Positions 19,911 to 29,079 of a stretch of DNA of 64,000 nucleotides are shown in pieces. A model generated the notes under the pieces. That model did no database searches and was not told where the DNA came from. It worked only from the letters and a program-made list of their open reading frames with translations. Within the stretch, counting starts at the first letter, position 1, and each line of letters begins with the position of its first letter. Origin of the DNA: Candidatus Multivorans sp. (GTDB taxonomy: Bacteria > Acidobacteriota > Thermoanaerobaculia > Multivoradales > Multivoraceae); the NCBI GenBank assembly GCA_965224025.1, contig OZ245033.1, positions 2,272,001 through 2,336,000 on the forward strand. The letters are read 5' to 3'. The position numbers and the translations under genes are program-made.

Positions 19911-21574
19911 CGATGAAGGCTCTTGCTTCGGCGGCGGCGATGTTCTGGATCTGTGCGCCGGGAAGCGGACAGGTGAGAGACTACCAGTACGACAAGGGGT
20001 TTCCTGACGACGCCGACCTCGCGGTGGTGATGGACTGGGGCGAAGTGACTCAGATGGGCGAGCCCCGGGGACGACATGTCATCGCGGCGGAATATGCGCA
20101 GCGCTTTCGCCTCCAGAAGGGAGGCGATCTTTCTTATGTGGAGGTGTGCCTGATCGGCGAAGCGCCCGACGTGGAGTTTCGGATCAGCGTGTACGAGGAT
20201 GCGGGAGGGGAACCGGGAGACCGGAGGGGAGAGCATGAGTTCACGCTCGACGACGTGGCCGTCTTGGAAGAGGGGGAGGTTGGGGAGTGCAGTCGGCTGC
20301 GCGGGTTCGACGAGGAACTGGACGCGGGCGATGTGTGGATCTCGATCGCTCCGCCGGGTCTGCCGCTGGAAGAGCTGAGCGATTTGCCGCGGTGGGGCAT
20401 CTTGGCTGATCCGCTCGGCGAGAGCGCCACCAAAGTCTGGAGGCGTTTGCGCTCTACGGGCAGGCCCAGTCTGTCTTCGTGGAAGTCTCAAAGGTTCGAT
20501 TGGTCTGCTCTGTTCCTTCGCGCGGGTATCCGGGAGGCGGACGACCCGGACGGCGGCGGCGAGGAACCCGAGGACCCGGACGGCGGCGGCGAGGAACCCG
20601 AGGACCCGGACGGCGGCGGCGAGGAACCCGAGGACCCGGACGGCGGCGGCGAGGAACCCGAGGACCCGGACGGCGGCGGCGAGGAACCCGAGGACCCGGA
20701 CGGCGGCGGCGAGGAACCCGAGGACCCGGACGGCGGCGGCGAGGAGGATTGCAGTACGGAAGAGGTTCTCTGTCTTCTGGACGATCGGTACCTCGTGAGG
20801 GCGAGCTGGCATGACTACAGCGACAGCCTTCTCGGACTGTTCCCGCAGTTAGTGCCGGCGAGAGTGGCCGAGCCGAAGACCGATGATTCGGGGCTCTTCT
20901 GGTTCTTCAGTCCGAACAACTGGGAGATCCTGGTAAAGGTCCTGGATGGCTGTGCCTACAATGGTCGCGTGTGGGTGTACGGCGCATCGACGACGGATCA
21001 GGGATACACGATCGACGTAAAGGACACTCTTACGGGCGCTCTGTGGACATACATCCATAACGGGGGGGCGGCGCCGGCAATCACCGATTCGAGTGCGTTT
21101 CCCGGCGGCTGCGATGGCGCCGGGGACGCGGTGGGCGGAACGGGTGCGGCCATAGGGGGAACGGGTGCGGCCATAGGGATCGCGACCGAAAGCGCGGCGG
21201 CGTCTACGGAGGGATGCCGGGACGGCGATTCCTCGATCTGTCTTCTCGACGGTCGATACGAGGTCTCGGTGGACTGGTCCGCGGCCGACGGCCGCTCCGG
21301 GGCTGGAATGGTTGCCGATGTTCGGACCGGCGATTCCGGGTTGATCTGGTTCTTCGGGCCGGACAACTGGGAGATGTTGGTCAAGGTTCTGGACGGGTGC
21401 GAGCTCAACGGACACCACTGGGTGTTTGCGGCGTCGGCGACCGATCTGGGGCTCCATCTGACGGTCAGGGATACGATGACCGGCGCAATGAAGGTGTACC
21501 GGAAAGAAGCCGGCCCCCCCGCGACGGCGGTAGTGGACGTCGGCGCGTTCGCGAACGTGTGCTCCGCACAGTAG
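19907..21574 (+). CDS. Secreted modular protein with acidic tandem-repeat linker and two '[19 protein letters not shown]' modules
   Basis: ATG overlaps the upstream TGA, with GGGAGG RBS; shares its N-terminal domain and C-terminal modules with the upstream protein. Confidence 0.8.
   Translation: MTMKALASAAAMFWICAPGSGQVRDYQYDKGFPDDADLAVVMDWGEVTQMGEPRGRHVIAAEYAQRFRLQKGGDLSYVEVCLIGEAPDVEFRISVYEDAGGEPGDRRGEHEFTLDDVAVLEEGEVGECSRLRGFDEELDAGDVWISIAPPGLPLEELSDLPRWGILADPLGESATKVWRRLRSTGRPSLSSWKSQRFDWSALFLRAGIREADDPDGGGEEPEDPDGGGEEPEDPDGGGEEPEDPDGGGEEPEDPDGGGEEPEDPDGGGEEPEDPDGGGEEDCSTEEVLCLLDDRYLVRASWHDYSDSLLGLFPQLVPARVAEPKTDDSGLFWFFSPNNWEILVKVLDGCAYNGRVWVYGASTTDQGYTIDVKDTLTGALWTYIHNGGAAPAITDSSAFPGGCDGAGDAVGGTGAAIGGTGAAIGIATESAAASTEGCRDGDSSICLLDGRYEVSVDWSAADGRSGAGMVADVRTGDSGLIWFFGPDNWEMLVKVLDGCELNGHHWVFAASATDLGLHLTVRDTMTGAMKVYRKEAGPPATAVVDVGAFANVCSAQ
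20543..20746 (+). repeat. Perfect 30-bp coding tandem repeat, ~6.8 copies ([10 protein letters not shown])
   Basis: GACCCGGACGGCGGCGGCGAGGAACCCGAG units at 20543, 20573, 20603, 20633, 20663, 20693 and a partial unit at 20723. Confidence 0.97.
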
Positions 21575-21596
21575 CGTCCTGTGTTTCGACGCCCGT

Positions 21597-21681
21597 TCTT
21601 GTTTGGAGACACCGCCTGTCCGTTACAGGCTATCTTCACGATGCCTATCCTGGTTTTCGATCAGGGTGGAGGTCCGTCGAT
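21597..21681 (+). repeat. Diverged ~85-bp direct copy of 16990-17073 (near the 3' end of the first secreted gene)
   Basis: TCTTGTTTGGA.ACA.CGCCTGTCCGTTACAGGCTATCTT...GATCAGGG.GGAGGTCCGTCGAT present at both sites. Confidence 0.9.
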
Positions 21682-21719
21682 AGCGCGTGTGCGCGCTCCT
21701 TGAGCATAGAATCCTCGCC

Positions 21720-22682
21720 ATGGCCGAGCCCGTCCACGCTGCGCGAACGCCGCCGCCCGAAGAGCGGCGCGGTCCGGAACAAGCGCCGCTCGACGCGGCC
21801 GACTTTCCCGGCTGCCGGGCGGTCCAGATAGCGCCCAGGGAGATCGAGGACCACGAGGGCCGCGTGGAGTACTGGGAGGCGCGTACCGGGACGGCGATGG
21901 TGGTTTGCGAGCCGACCAGCACGTATCACGAGCAGCCGGCGCACCGGTTGGCTGCCTTGACGGCTCTGATCGCCGCCTCTCGCGGATCCCCTATCAGCGC
22001 CTACGGTACGTCGGACCTGGTGCGCTTCTACCCTGGCGGCGAGCTGCGGGTGTTGATGCAGGCGGACCAGATCCTCTACCTGCAACCGCCTTCCGCCGAG
22101 GAGCTCGGGCCCAGGGTCGATGTGGACGGCGATGATCTGCCGGACATCGTCCTGGAGGTCGACTACTCGACCGACGTTCGGGTGCGCAAGCTGCCGCTCT
22201 ACGAGGCGTGGGGCTTTCCCGAGGTCTGGGTCGATGTGCCGGACGCGCGCTCGCCGAGTCGTCCGAAGTCCCGACGCCCGGGTCTGACGATCCACGTACT
22301 CGAAGGCGGCCGCTTCGCCCCGGCGGAGAGCAGCCGGGCGTTCCCGGGCTGGACGGCCGAAGAGATCCACGGGGCGTTGAGCGAAGACACGATGTCCGCA
22401 TCGACGGCGGCCGCGCTCCATCGAGTCGGCGCCGCCATGGGCGCCGCCGAAGGCGCCGGCCCGGACGACGATCCCTGGCTGCGGCGCTACCGTGACGAGA
22501 CACGGTACGAGTCGGTCATCGCCGTCCTCGCGGAACGCGGCATCGCGACCACGCGGGCCTTGCCGGCGCGCATTGCGGAACTCGGGGAGATTCCGGTGAC
22601 CGTGTTGGTGCGGGCCGCGCTCCGTTGCGCGAGCGAGACGGAGTTTCTGGAGCTCTGCGCCTCAGAACGCCGCCGACGCTGA
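21720..22682 (+). CDS. Uma2-family (PD-(D/E)XK) endonuclease-like protein
   Basis: HEQ, ADQILY, PDIVLEVD, KLPLYEAWGFPEVW. Confidence 0.85.
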   Translation: MAEPVHAARTPPPEERRGPEQAPLDAADFPGCRAVQIAPREIEDHEGRVEYWEARTGTAMVVCEPTSTYHEQPAHRLAALTALIAASRGSPISAYGTSDLVRFYPGGELRVLMQADQILYLQPPSAEELGPRVDVDGDDLPDIVLEVDYSTDVRVRKLPLYEAWGFPEVWVDVPDARSPSRPKSRRPGLTIHVLEGGRFAPAESSRAFPGWTAEEIHGALSEDTMSASTAAALHRVGAAMGAAEGAGPDDDPWLRRYRDETRYESVIAVLAERGIATTRALPARIAELGEIPVTVLVRAALRCASETEFLELCASERRRR

Positions 22683-22709
22683 TCCGTTGCTCAGCGCAGG
22701 GCGGCGCCG

Positions 22710-23522
22710 ATGATGCCGCCCACCATGGGACCATCAGGGGACGTGATGGACTCGTCGAGCATGGATCCGGGTAGCGGTGCAACGATCCGCGCGGCCTATC
22801 TGGGCCGGGTCGGTTACGAAGCCGGTGTCGAGCTGCAGCACCGGGTGCGGCAGTCCATCCTGGACGCCGACCCCGCCGCCGCGGACACGTTGCTCCTGCT
22901 TGAGCATCCGCCGACCTACACGGTGGGCCGGAACTGCGACCGGGGCGATGTCCTGGCGGCGCCGGATTGGCTCGAGCAGCGCGGAATCGCCGTCGCCCCG
23001 TGCGACCGGGGCGGGCGCGCCACGTACCACGGTCCGGGTCAGCTCGTGGGATACCCGGTCATCGACCTGAGACCGGACCGCCGCAACGTGCGCGCCTACG
23101 TCCGCAACCTCCAGGAAGTGCTGGTCAGGACGCTGGCGGCGTTCGGCGTCAGTGCCCTGGGCGGCGAGGAACGGGAGCGAATCGGCGTCTGGGTCGGGCA
23201 TCGGAAGATCGCCTCGATCGGGATCCACCTCCGGCGCTGGGTCACCACACACGGTTTCGCGCTCAACGTCTCGACTGAACTCGACGACTTCGCCGGCATC
23301 CTCTCCTGCGGCTTCGACGCCGGCGTGATGACCTCGATCGAGGATCTCACCGGCCGCCGCCACAGCCTGGCCGAAGTCGGCGCGTGCTGCGCCGAGGTCT
23401 TCGCGGAGATCTTCGAACGGCGGCTGGTCACGGTGGCGCCGGAGTCGCTGGTTGCGCCGGCTTTAGGGGCTAGGATCGAGGGTGACGCGCGGCCGCGGGA
23501 GGGTCGGCCGCCGGAGTCGTAA
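22710..23522 (+). CDS. lipB: Lipoyl(octanoyl) transferase
   Basis: LLEHPPTYTVG, DRGGRATYHGPGQLVGYP, KIASIG, HGFALNV; start uncertain. Confidence 0.95.
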   Translation: MMPPTMGPSGDVMDSSSMDPGSGATIRAAYLGRVGYEAGVELQHRVRQSILDADPAAADTLLLLEHPPTYTVGRNCDRGDVLAAPDWLEQRGIAVAPCDRGGRATYHGPGQLVGYPVIDLRPDRRNVRAYVRNLQEVLVRTLAAFGVSALGGEERERIGVWVGHRKIASIGIHLRRWVTTHGFALNVSTELDDFAGILSCGFDAGVMTSIEDLTGRRHSLAEVGACCAEVFAEIFERRLVTVAPESLVAPALGARIEGDARPREGRPPES

Positions 23523-23527
23523 CGCGC

Positions 23528-24451
23528 ATGGACGAACTCGTTTCCATCGGCGCCCCGCCGGCCGCGGCCGGCGCCGCCCGGTTGCCCCGGCCCGACTGGC
23601 TGCGGATCCGGCTGTCGACGCCGGAGTCGTATCACCGCGTGCGCCGGCTGGTCGAGGGTCTGAACCTGAACACGGTGTGCGAAGAGGCGCGCTGCCCGAA
23701 CATCTACGAGTGCTGGGGCCAGCACGGTACCGCCACGTTCATGATCCTCGGCGACACCTGCACCCGCCGCTGCGGCTTCTGCGCGGTCCACACGGGCCGA
23801 CCCGCCCCGGGTGTCGACCCGGACGAACCGGCGCGGGTGGGGAAGGCCGCGGCGACCATGGGGCTCCGCCACGTGGTCGTCACCTCCGTCGACCGCGACG
23901 ACCTGCCGGACGGCGGCGCGGGCCACTTCGCGGACACCATCCGGGCGATCCGGGCGCAGGTGCCGGGCGCGGCGGTCGAGGTGCTGACGCCGGACTTCCG
24001 GGGCGTCGCGGACGCCCTCGACATCGTCCTCGAGGCGCGGCCGGAGGTCTTCTCCCACAACATGGAGACGGCGCCCCGGCTCTACCGCCAGGCGCGCCCC
24101 GGCAGCCTTTTCGAGCGCAGCGTCGACCTTCTCCGCGAGGCGGCGGCCCGCCGCGACGGTGGAAGCTATGGCGGCCGGGTGAAGACGGGCCTGATGGTCG
24201 GCCTCGGCGAGACGACGGCGGAACTCGAATCGACGATCACGGACATCCGCGCCGCGGGAACAGAGATCCTCACCATCGGCCAGTACCTGCGGCCGACCCG
24301 GGACCACCTGCCCGTCGACCGCTACGTTCACCCGGACGAGTTCGCCCGTCTGCGCGAGTTCGCCCTGGGTCTGGGTTTCAGCCACTGCGAATCGGGTCCC
24401 CTGGTCCGCAGCAGCTACCACGCCCACGAGCACGTTCGCCCGGCGGGATGA
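23528..24451 (+). CDS. lipA: Lipoyl synthase
   Basis: CEEARCPNIYEC, CTRRCGFC radical-SAM motif, VRSSYHA. Confidence 0.97.
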   Translation: MDELVSIGAPPAAAGAARLPRPDWLRIRLSTPESYHRVRRLVEGLNLNTVCEEARCPNIYECWGQHGTATFMILGDTCTRRCGFCAVHTGRPAPGVDPDEPARVGKAAATMGLRHVVVTSVDRDDLPDGGAGHFADTIRAIRAQVPGAAVEVLTPDFRGVADALDIVLEARPEVFSHNMETAPRLYRQARPGSLFERSVDLLREAAARRDGGSYGGRVKTGLMVGLGETTAELESTITDIRAAGTEILTIGQYLRPTRDHLPVDRYVHPDEFARLREFALGLGFSHCESGPLVRSSYHAHEHVRPAG

Positions 24452-24496
24452 GAGCCCGTGGCCAGCATTCCCAGTCCCGCCCCTTGAAGTGAGACC

Positions 24497-25468
24497 ATGA
24501 CGATCTTCTCGCGTTTCGTCGGTTGCTCCCTGCCGCTGTTGCCGCCTCCCCTCGTGCGTTGGGTGGCGGCGCCCTACGTGGCCGGGGACGAGCCGGACGA
24601 TGCGCTCGCCTGTACCGGCGGCCTGAACCGGAGGGGACTGGCCGGGACCCTGGCGCTCCTCGGCGAGGAGGTCGACAGCCGGGAACTCGCAGTCGAGGGG
24701 ACCGGGCTCTACGTCGATCTCGTGGAGGCGATCAGCGACCAGGGTCTCGACTGCAACGTCTCCGTCAAGCTGACCCTCCTGGGGCTCAAGGTCGATCGCG
24801 AACTCTGCCGCGAGCACCTCGCTCGCCTGGTCGAGCGGGCAGCCGCCCGCGGCAACTTCGTCCGCATCGACATGGAGGACCACACCTGCACGACGGACAC
24901 CCTGGACCTGTACGGCGAGGCGCTTGCCGACTCGCGGTCCCGCGCCGACGCCGGTGGCCCGCGCGGCGCCGGTTCCGGCGGCGACGCGGTCGGAGTCGTG
25001 CTCCAGGCCTACCTCCACCGCACCCTCGCCGACATCGAGGCACTGCCGGAGCGGGCGAACGTTCGCCTCTGCAAGGGGATCTACGTCGAGCCGCGGGCGG
25101 TCGCTCTCACCGGCTACGAACAGGTGCGCCGGAACTTCCTGGCGTCACTCGAGGCCCTGTTCGACCTCGGCGCCTACGTCGGCATCGCCACTCACGACGG
25201 CTATCTCCTGCGCGAGTCGGCGGCGATCGTCGAGCGGCGCGGCCTTGCGGCTGACCGGTACGAGTTCCAGATGCTCCTGGGGGTGACCGAGGAGCGCCGG
25301 GATGAGCTCGCCGCCGCCGGCCATCGGGTGAGGATCTACGTGCCGTACGGCCGCCAGTGGTATGCCTACTCGACGCGCCGTCTGCGCGAGAACCCGCAGA
25401 TCGCCGGCCATGTGGCGCGGGCGCTGTTCCTGCGGCTGCTGCGCGGGAACCTGGATCGCCGGCGCTAG
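24497..25468 (+). CDS. Monofunctional proline dehydrogenase
   Basis: SVKLT, RIDMED, RLCKGIY, IATHD, EFQMLLG, YVPYG, RRLRENP. Confidence 0.93.
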   Translation: MTIFSRFVGCSLPLLPPPLVRWVAAPYVAGDEPDDALACTGGLNRRGLAGTLALLGEEVDSRELAVEGTGLYVDLVEAISDQGLDCNVSVKLTLLGLKVDRELCREHLARLVERAAARGNFVRIDMEDHTCTTDTLDLYGEALADSRSRADAGGPRGAGSGGDAVGVVLQAYLHRTLADIEALPERANVRLCKGIYVEPRAVALTGYEQVRRNFLASLEALFDLGAYVGIATHDGYLLRESAAIVERRGLAADRYEFQMLLGVTEERRDELAAAGHRVRIYVPYGRQWYAYSTRRLRENPQIAGHVARALFLRLLRGNLDRRR

Positions 25469-25486
25469 GAGACTGCGCGGCAGAAA

Positions 25487-25518
25487 CTGGGTGCGCGGGC
25501 CTTCTGGCCCGCATCCGG
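25487..25518. repeat. REP-like family B palindrome
   Basis: CTGGGTGCGCGGGCCTTCTGGCCCGCATCCGG. Confidence 0.8.
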
Positions 25519-25630
25519 CGCAAAGCGCCGGTCTCTGGGAGTTCTGCCGCGCTAGCGCCGTCGCTGGTAACTTCCCTCGGATGGCAAGTCGGCATAACGC
25601 CGCGGCCCGGCGAACCGAGGAGATCTGAAG

Positions 25631-26482
25631 GTGACCACGAGCAGGAAGGACGAAGGGGGCGCAGTGGGTGGCTATACGCGCGTCGCCATGATCGGCGCGG
25701 GCAAGATGGGCCAGACGCTGATCGGCGGCTGGCTCGATGCGGGCGCCGTGGCCGCCGGGTCGATCGTGGCGACGGCGGGCCATGCGGATCGAGTCGCCCG
25801 GGTGGCGCGGAACTTCGGAGTCGAAGGCACCGTCGACAACCGGGCCGCGGTCAAGGGCGCCGACATCGTGATGCTTGCGGTCAAGCCGCAGACCGCCGAC
25901 CTGGTACTGGCCGAGATCGGCGACGCCCTGCGCCCGGAACAGCTCGTCGTCTCGATTCTGGCCTCGGTGACCACGTGCTACATCGAGGACCGCCTGCCGG
26001 GCCTCTTCCCGGTAGTGCGGGCGATGCCGAACACGCCGAGCCGCGTAGGCGCCGGAATGACCGCGATCAGCGCCGGCCGCCATGCGTCCGCCGACCACCT
26101 GGCGGCGTCGGAACGCCTGTTCCTGCCCCTGGGACGCACCGTCGTCGCGGACGAGAAGCACATGGACGCCATCACCGGGCTGTCCGCCTCCGGACCTGCC
26201 TTCCTCTACATCGTGATCGAGGCCCTGGCGGACGGAGGCGTGAAGGTCGGCCTGCCGCGGAAGATGGCGATCGAGCTGGCTGCCCAGACCTGTCTCGGCG
26301 CCGGCAAGATGGTGCTCGACACGGGCCGCCACCCGGCGCTGCTCAAAGACGAAGTGACGACTCCGGCCGGATGCACGGTCGATGGTATTCTGCGTCTCGA
26401 GGAGGGGGGGTTGCGCGTGACCCTGATCAAGGCGATCGTCGAGGCGGCGTCGCGCGCCGCTGAACTGGTGTCCGACGAGTAG
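25631..26482 (+). CDS. proC: Pyrroline-5-carboxylate reductase
   Basis: IGAGKMG, AVKPQ, RAMPNTP, TGLSASGPA, VTTPAGCT. Confidence 0.96.
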   Translation: MTTSRKDEGGAVGGYTRVAMIGAGKMGQTLIGGWLDAGAVAAGSIVATAGHADRVARVARNFGVEGTVDNRAAVKGADIVMLAVKPQTADLVLAEIGDALRPEQLVVSILASVTTCYIEDRLPGLFPVVRAMPNTPSRVGAGMTAISAGRHASADHLAASERLFLPLGRTVVADEKHMDAITGLSASGPAFLYIVIEALADGGVKVGLPRKMAIELAAQTCLGAGKMVLDTGRHPALLKDEVTTPAGCTVDGILRLEEGGLRVTLIKAIVEAASRAAELVSDE

Positions 26483-26500
26483 CCTGTCCTCGGGCATCCG

Positions 26501-28219
26501 ATGCTGCGCTCGCTGCACGTGCAGAACCTGGCCGTGATCGAACGGGCAGAGCTTCAGTTCGGGCCGGGCCTGAACGTAGTCACGGGCGAGACGGGCGCGG
26601 GTAAATCCCTGGTGGTCGATTCGCTGTCCCTGCTTGCCGGGGGCCGCGCGAGTTCGGAGACGATCCGCACGGGCGCGGACACGCTGGTCCTGAGCGGCGT
26701 CTTCGAGCCTTCGGACAGCGACTGGCGGCGGCTGCTCGAAGAGGCCGGCGTGCCGGTGGACGGGGACGAGCTCCTGGTGCGCCGCGAGGTCACCCGGGCC
26801 GGACGCAACCGCGTGTTCGTGAACGACCATCCGGTGACGCTCCGGCTGCTCTCCGCGATCACACGCCGGTTGATCCGCATCTTCGGTCAGCGCGACGAGA
26901 TCGGCATCGTCTCGCCCGACCTGCAGCGGGCCTGGCTCGACCGCTCGGGCGGTGAATCCGTTGCGGCCCTCGTGGCGTCGTGCGCCAGCGCCTACGAGGC
27001 CTGGCGCGAGGCTGCCGACCGACTCGATCGCCTGAGCGGCGACGATCAACTTCGCCTGGAGCGGATCGACCTCCTGAAGTTCCAGACCTCGGAGATCGAC
27101 GCCGCGCGCCTCCGTGCCGGCGAGGACGAGGAACTGCGGGCCGAACGGGAAGTGCTGCGGCATGCCGAGGCGATCGCGGGCGCGTTGCACCAGGCCCTCG
27201 CCCTGCTCAGCGACGACGAACAAGCGGTGGATAGCCGGCTTGCTCAGGCCGGAAACACGCTGCAGGACATCGCGCGCTGGCAACCCGAGGCCGGGGCCTG
27301 GGCCGACGCCCTGGCCGAGGCGGGGACGGTGGTGAACGACCTGACGGCGGACCTGCGTAGCAGCGCGGTCGGCTCCGACTCGGATCCCAGGCGGCTCGAC
27401 CGGATCGAGGAGCGGTTGAGCGTGATCGAGCGCCTGACCCGGAAGTACGGCGGCAGCAGTGCCGACGTCATCGAGCACGGCCGCCGTCTGGCCGAGGAGA
27501 TGCTCGAGTTGGAGACGGCGGACGTTCGCCGCGACGAGGTGGAGCAGCAGGCCGCGGCCTGCCTCGCGGAGTACGCCGCGCGCGCCGAGGCTCTGTCTCT
27601 CACGCGCCGCGAACTCGGCGCCGCGCTGGAGACGGAAGTCATCGGCCACCTGCGGGACTTGGCGGTCGAGCGCGCCGCGTTCGAGGTGGAGATCGGCCGT
27701 GCGCCGCGCCCCGACAGCCCGCTGGAACTGGACGGCGAGCGCGTCGCCTTCGACCGCCGGGGCGTCGACCAGGTGACCTACCGCTTCAGCGCCAACCCGG
27801 GCGAGGCGCTTCGCCCGCTGTCCAGGGTCGCCTCGGGCGGCGAGCTGGCGCGCCTGTTTCTGGCGCTCCAGACCGCCGTGCGCGGCGCCGGCCCCGCGGC
27901 GGGATCGACCCTGGTCTTCGACGAGGTGGACTCAGGGGTCGGCGGCGCCGAGGCGGCGATCGTCGGCCGCAAGCTGCAACGCCTGGCCCGCGGCGGCCAG
28001 ATACTGGCCGTGACCCACCTGCCCCAGGTGGCGAGCCGCGGCGACCGGCACCTCGAGGTCAGGAAGGAAGTGCGAGCCGGGCGGACGCGGGTCGATGTCC
28101 ATCGCCTCGACGACGAACGCCGCGTGGAGGAAGTGGCCCGCATGCTGGCGGGCGAGGAGATCACCGACTCCGCGCGCTCCGCGGCCGAGGAACTGCTGGC
28201 CGGCGCTTCTGTCGACTAG
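26501..28219 (+). CDS. recN: DNA repair protein RecN
   Basis: TGETGAGKS, ASGGE, FDEVDSG, VTHLPQVA, EVARML. Confidence 0.97.
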   Translation: MLRSLHVQNLAVIERAELQFGPGLNVVTGETGAGKSLVVDSLSLLAGGRASSETIRTGADTLVLSGVFEPSDSDWRRLLEEAGVPVDGDELLVRREVTRAGRNRVFVNDHPVTLRLLSAITRRLIRIFGQRDEIGIVSPDLQRAWLDRSGGESVAALVASCASAYEAWREAADRLDRLSGDDQLRLERIDLLKFQTSEIDAARLRAGEDEELRAEREVLRHAEAIAGALHQALALLSDDEQAVDSRLAQAGNTLQDIARWQPEAGAWADALAEAGTVVNDLTADLRSSAVGSDSDPRRLDRIEERLSVIERLTRKYGGSSADVIEHGRRLAEEMLELETADVRRDEVEQQAAACLAEYAARAEALSLTRRELGAALETEVIGHLRDLAVERAAFEVEIGRAPRPDSPLELDGERVAFDRRGVDQVTYRFSANPGEALRPLSRVASGGELARLFLALQTAVRGAGPAAGSTLVFDEVDSGVGGAEAAIVGRKLQRLARGGQILAVTHLPQVASRGDRHLEVRKEVRAGRTRVDVHRLDDERRVEEVARMLAGEEITDSARSAAEELLAGASVD

Positions 28220-28359
28220 GCGGCGTCGGACGCGCCCGCCCGTCCTGGGGCAGTACGGGTCTGCTCCCAGGTGGCGCTCGCGCTTGAGAGGAGATGGGAA
28301 GGGGTTGCGCTCGCTCCGCTTCACTCGCTCCGGTTGGGCGTCGGCTACGTGGGGAGGTT

Positions 28360-28392
28360 CTCTGGGTGCGCGGACCCTCTGGTCCGCATCCG
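28360..28392. repeat. REP-like family B palindrome
   Basis: CTCTGGGTGCGCGGACCCTCTGGTCCGCATCCG. Confidence 0.8.
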
Positions 28393-28491
28393 CCGCAGGC
28401 GGAATCCGGGCGCCGTCCGGCGCGTGTCCGGTTCCTCCCGGCGGCTCACGCTCGTCGGTCTGCGCCGAAGCCTCGTTTAGGCTTCCGCCCC

Positions 28492-29079
28492 ATGCTTGAA
28501 ACTTGGCCTTGGGACGGCGATCTGGAGGTCGTGAAGCGAGCCCTGGCCGACGGTCGGGTACTCGCGGTTCCTACGGAGTCGTCGTACGGTCTGGCAGTGG
28601 ATCCCCGTTCCGCGGAGGGTGTCGATGCGACCTACCGGATCAAGGAGCGTGAGCGCGGCAAGCCGCTGCCCGTTGTGGCCGCCGACCTGGCGCAGGCCCT
28701 CGATCTCGGAATTGAAGCGAACGAGGCGGTACGGATGGCGGAAGCGCACTGGCCGGCGCCGCTCACGGTGGTGGCGCCGCTTGCTCCCGGCGCGTCGTTG
28801 CCCGCGGCGGTGGGCGGGGCGACGCTGGCGGTGCGGGTACCCGCGCACGCGCGACTCCGAGGGCTGCTGGAAGCCCTGGGCCATCCGCTGACGGCGACGA
28901 GCGCGAACCGGAGCGGCAAGCCCGGGATCTGTGATCCGGCGGCCCTCGAACCGATCCTCGGCGATGCGGGTGCCCTTGTCGTCGGCGGCGAGCAGACGCC
29001 CGGAGGGCCGCCATCCACCGTGGTATCTTGGAGTTCCGCCGGCTTGCGGGTGTTGCGCCGCGGGCGCTTCGATCTCTGA
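28492..29079 (+). CDS. tsaC: L-threonylcarbamoyladenylate synthase (Sua5/YrdC)
   Basis: PTESSYGL, IKER..KPL, TATSANRSG, PSTVV. Confidence 0.92.
   Translation: MLETWPWDGDLEVVKRALADGRVLAVPTESSYGLAVDPRSAEGVDATYRIKERERGKPLPVVAADLAQALDLGIEANEAVRMAEAHWPAPLTVVAPLAPGASLPAAVGGATLAVRVPAHARLRGLLEALGHPLTATSANRSGKPGICDPAALEPILGDAGALVVGGEQTPGGPPSTVVSWSSAGLRVLRRGRFDL

Noticed and set aside
20543-20746. CRISPR-like repeat
   Set aside because: Contiguous units with no spacers; an in-frame coding repeat.
16990-21681. Diversity-generating retroelement TR/VR pair
   Set aside because: Mismatches are not adenine-specific (T/C, G/C, C/T and an indel) and no reverse transcriptase is present.
14603-22682. Integron with gene cassettes
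   Set aside because: The recombinase is Cre-like without the IntI-specific insertion and is co-oriented with the genes; genes 2 and 3 overlap, leaving no room for attC sites.
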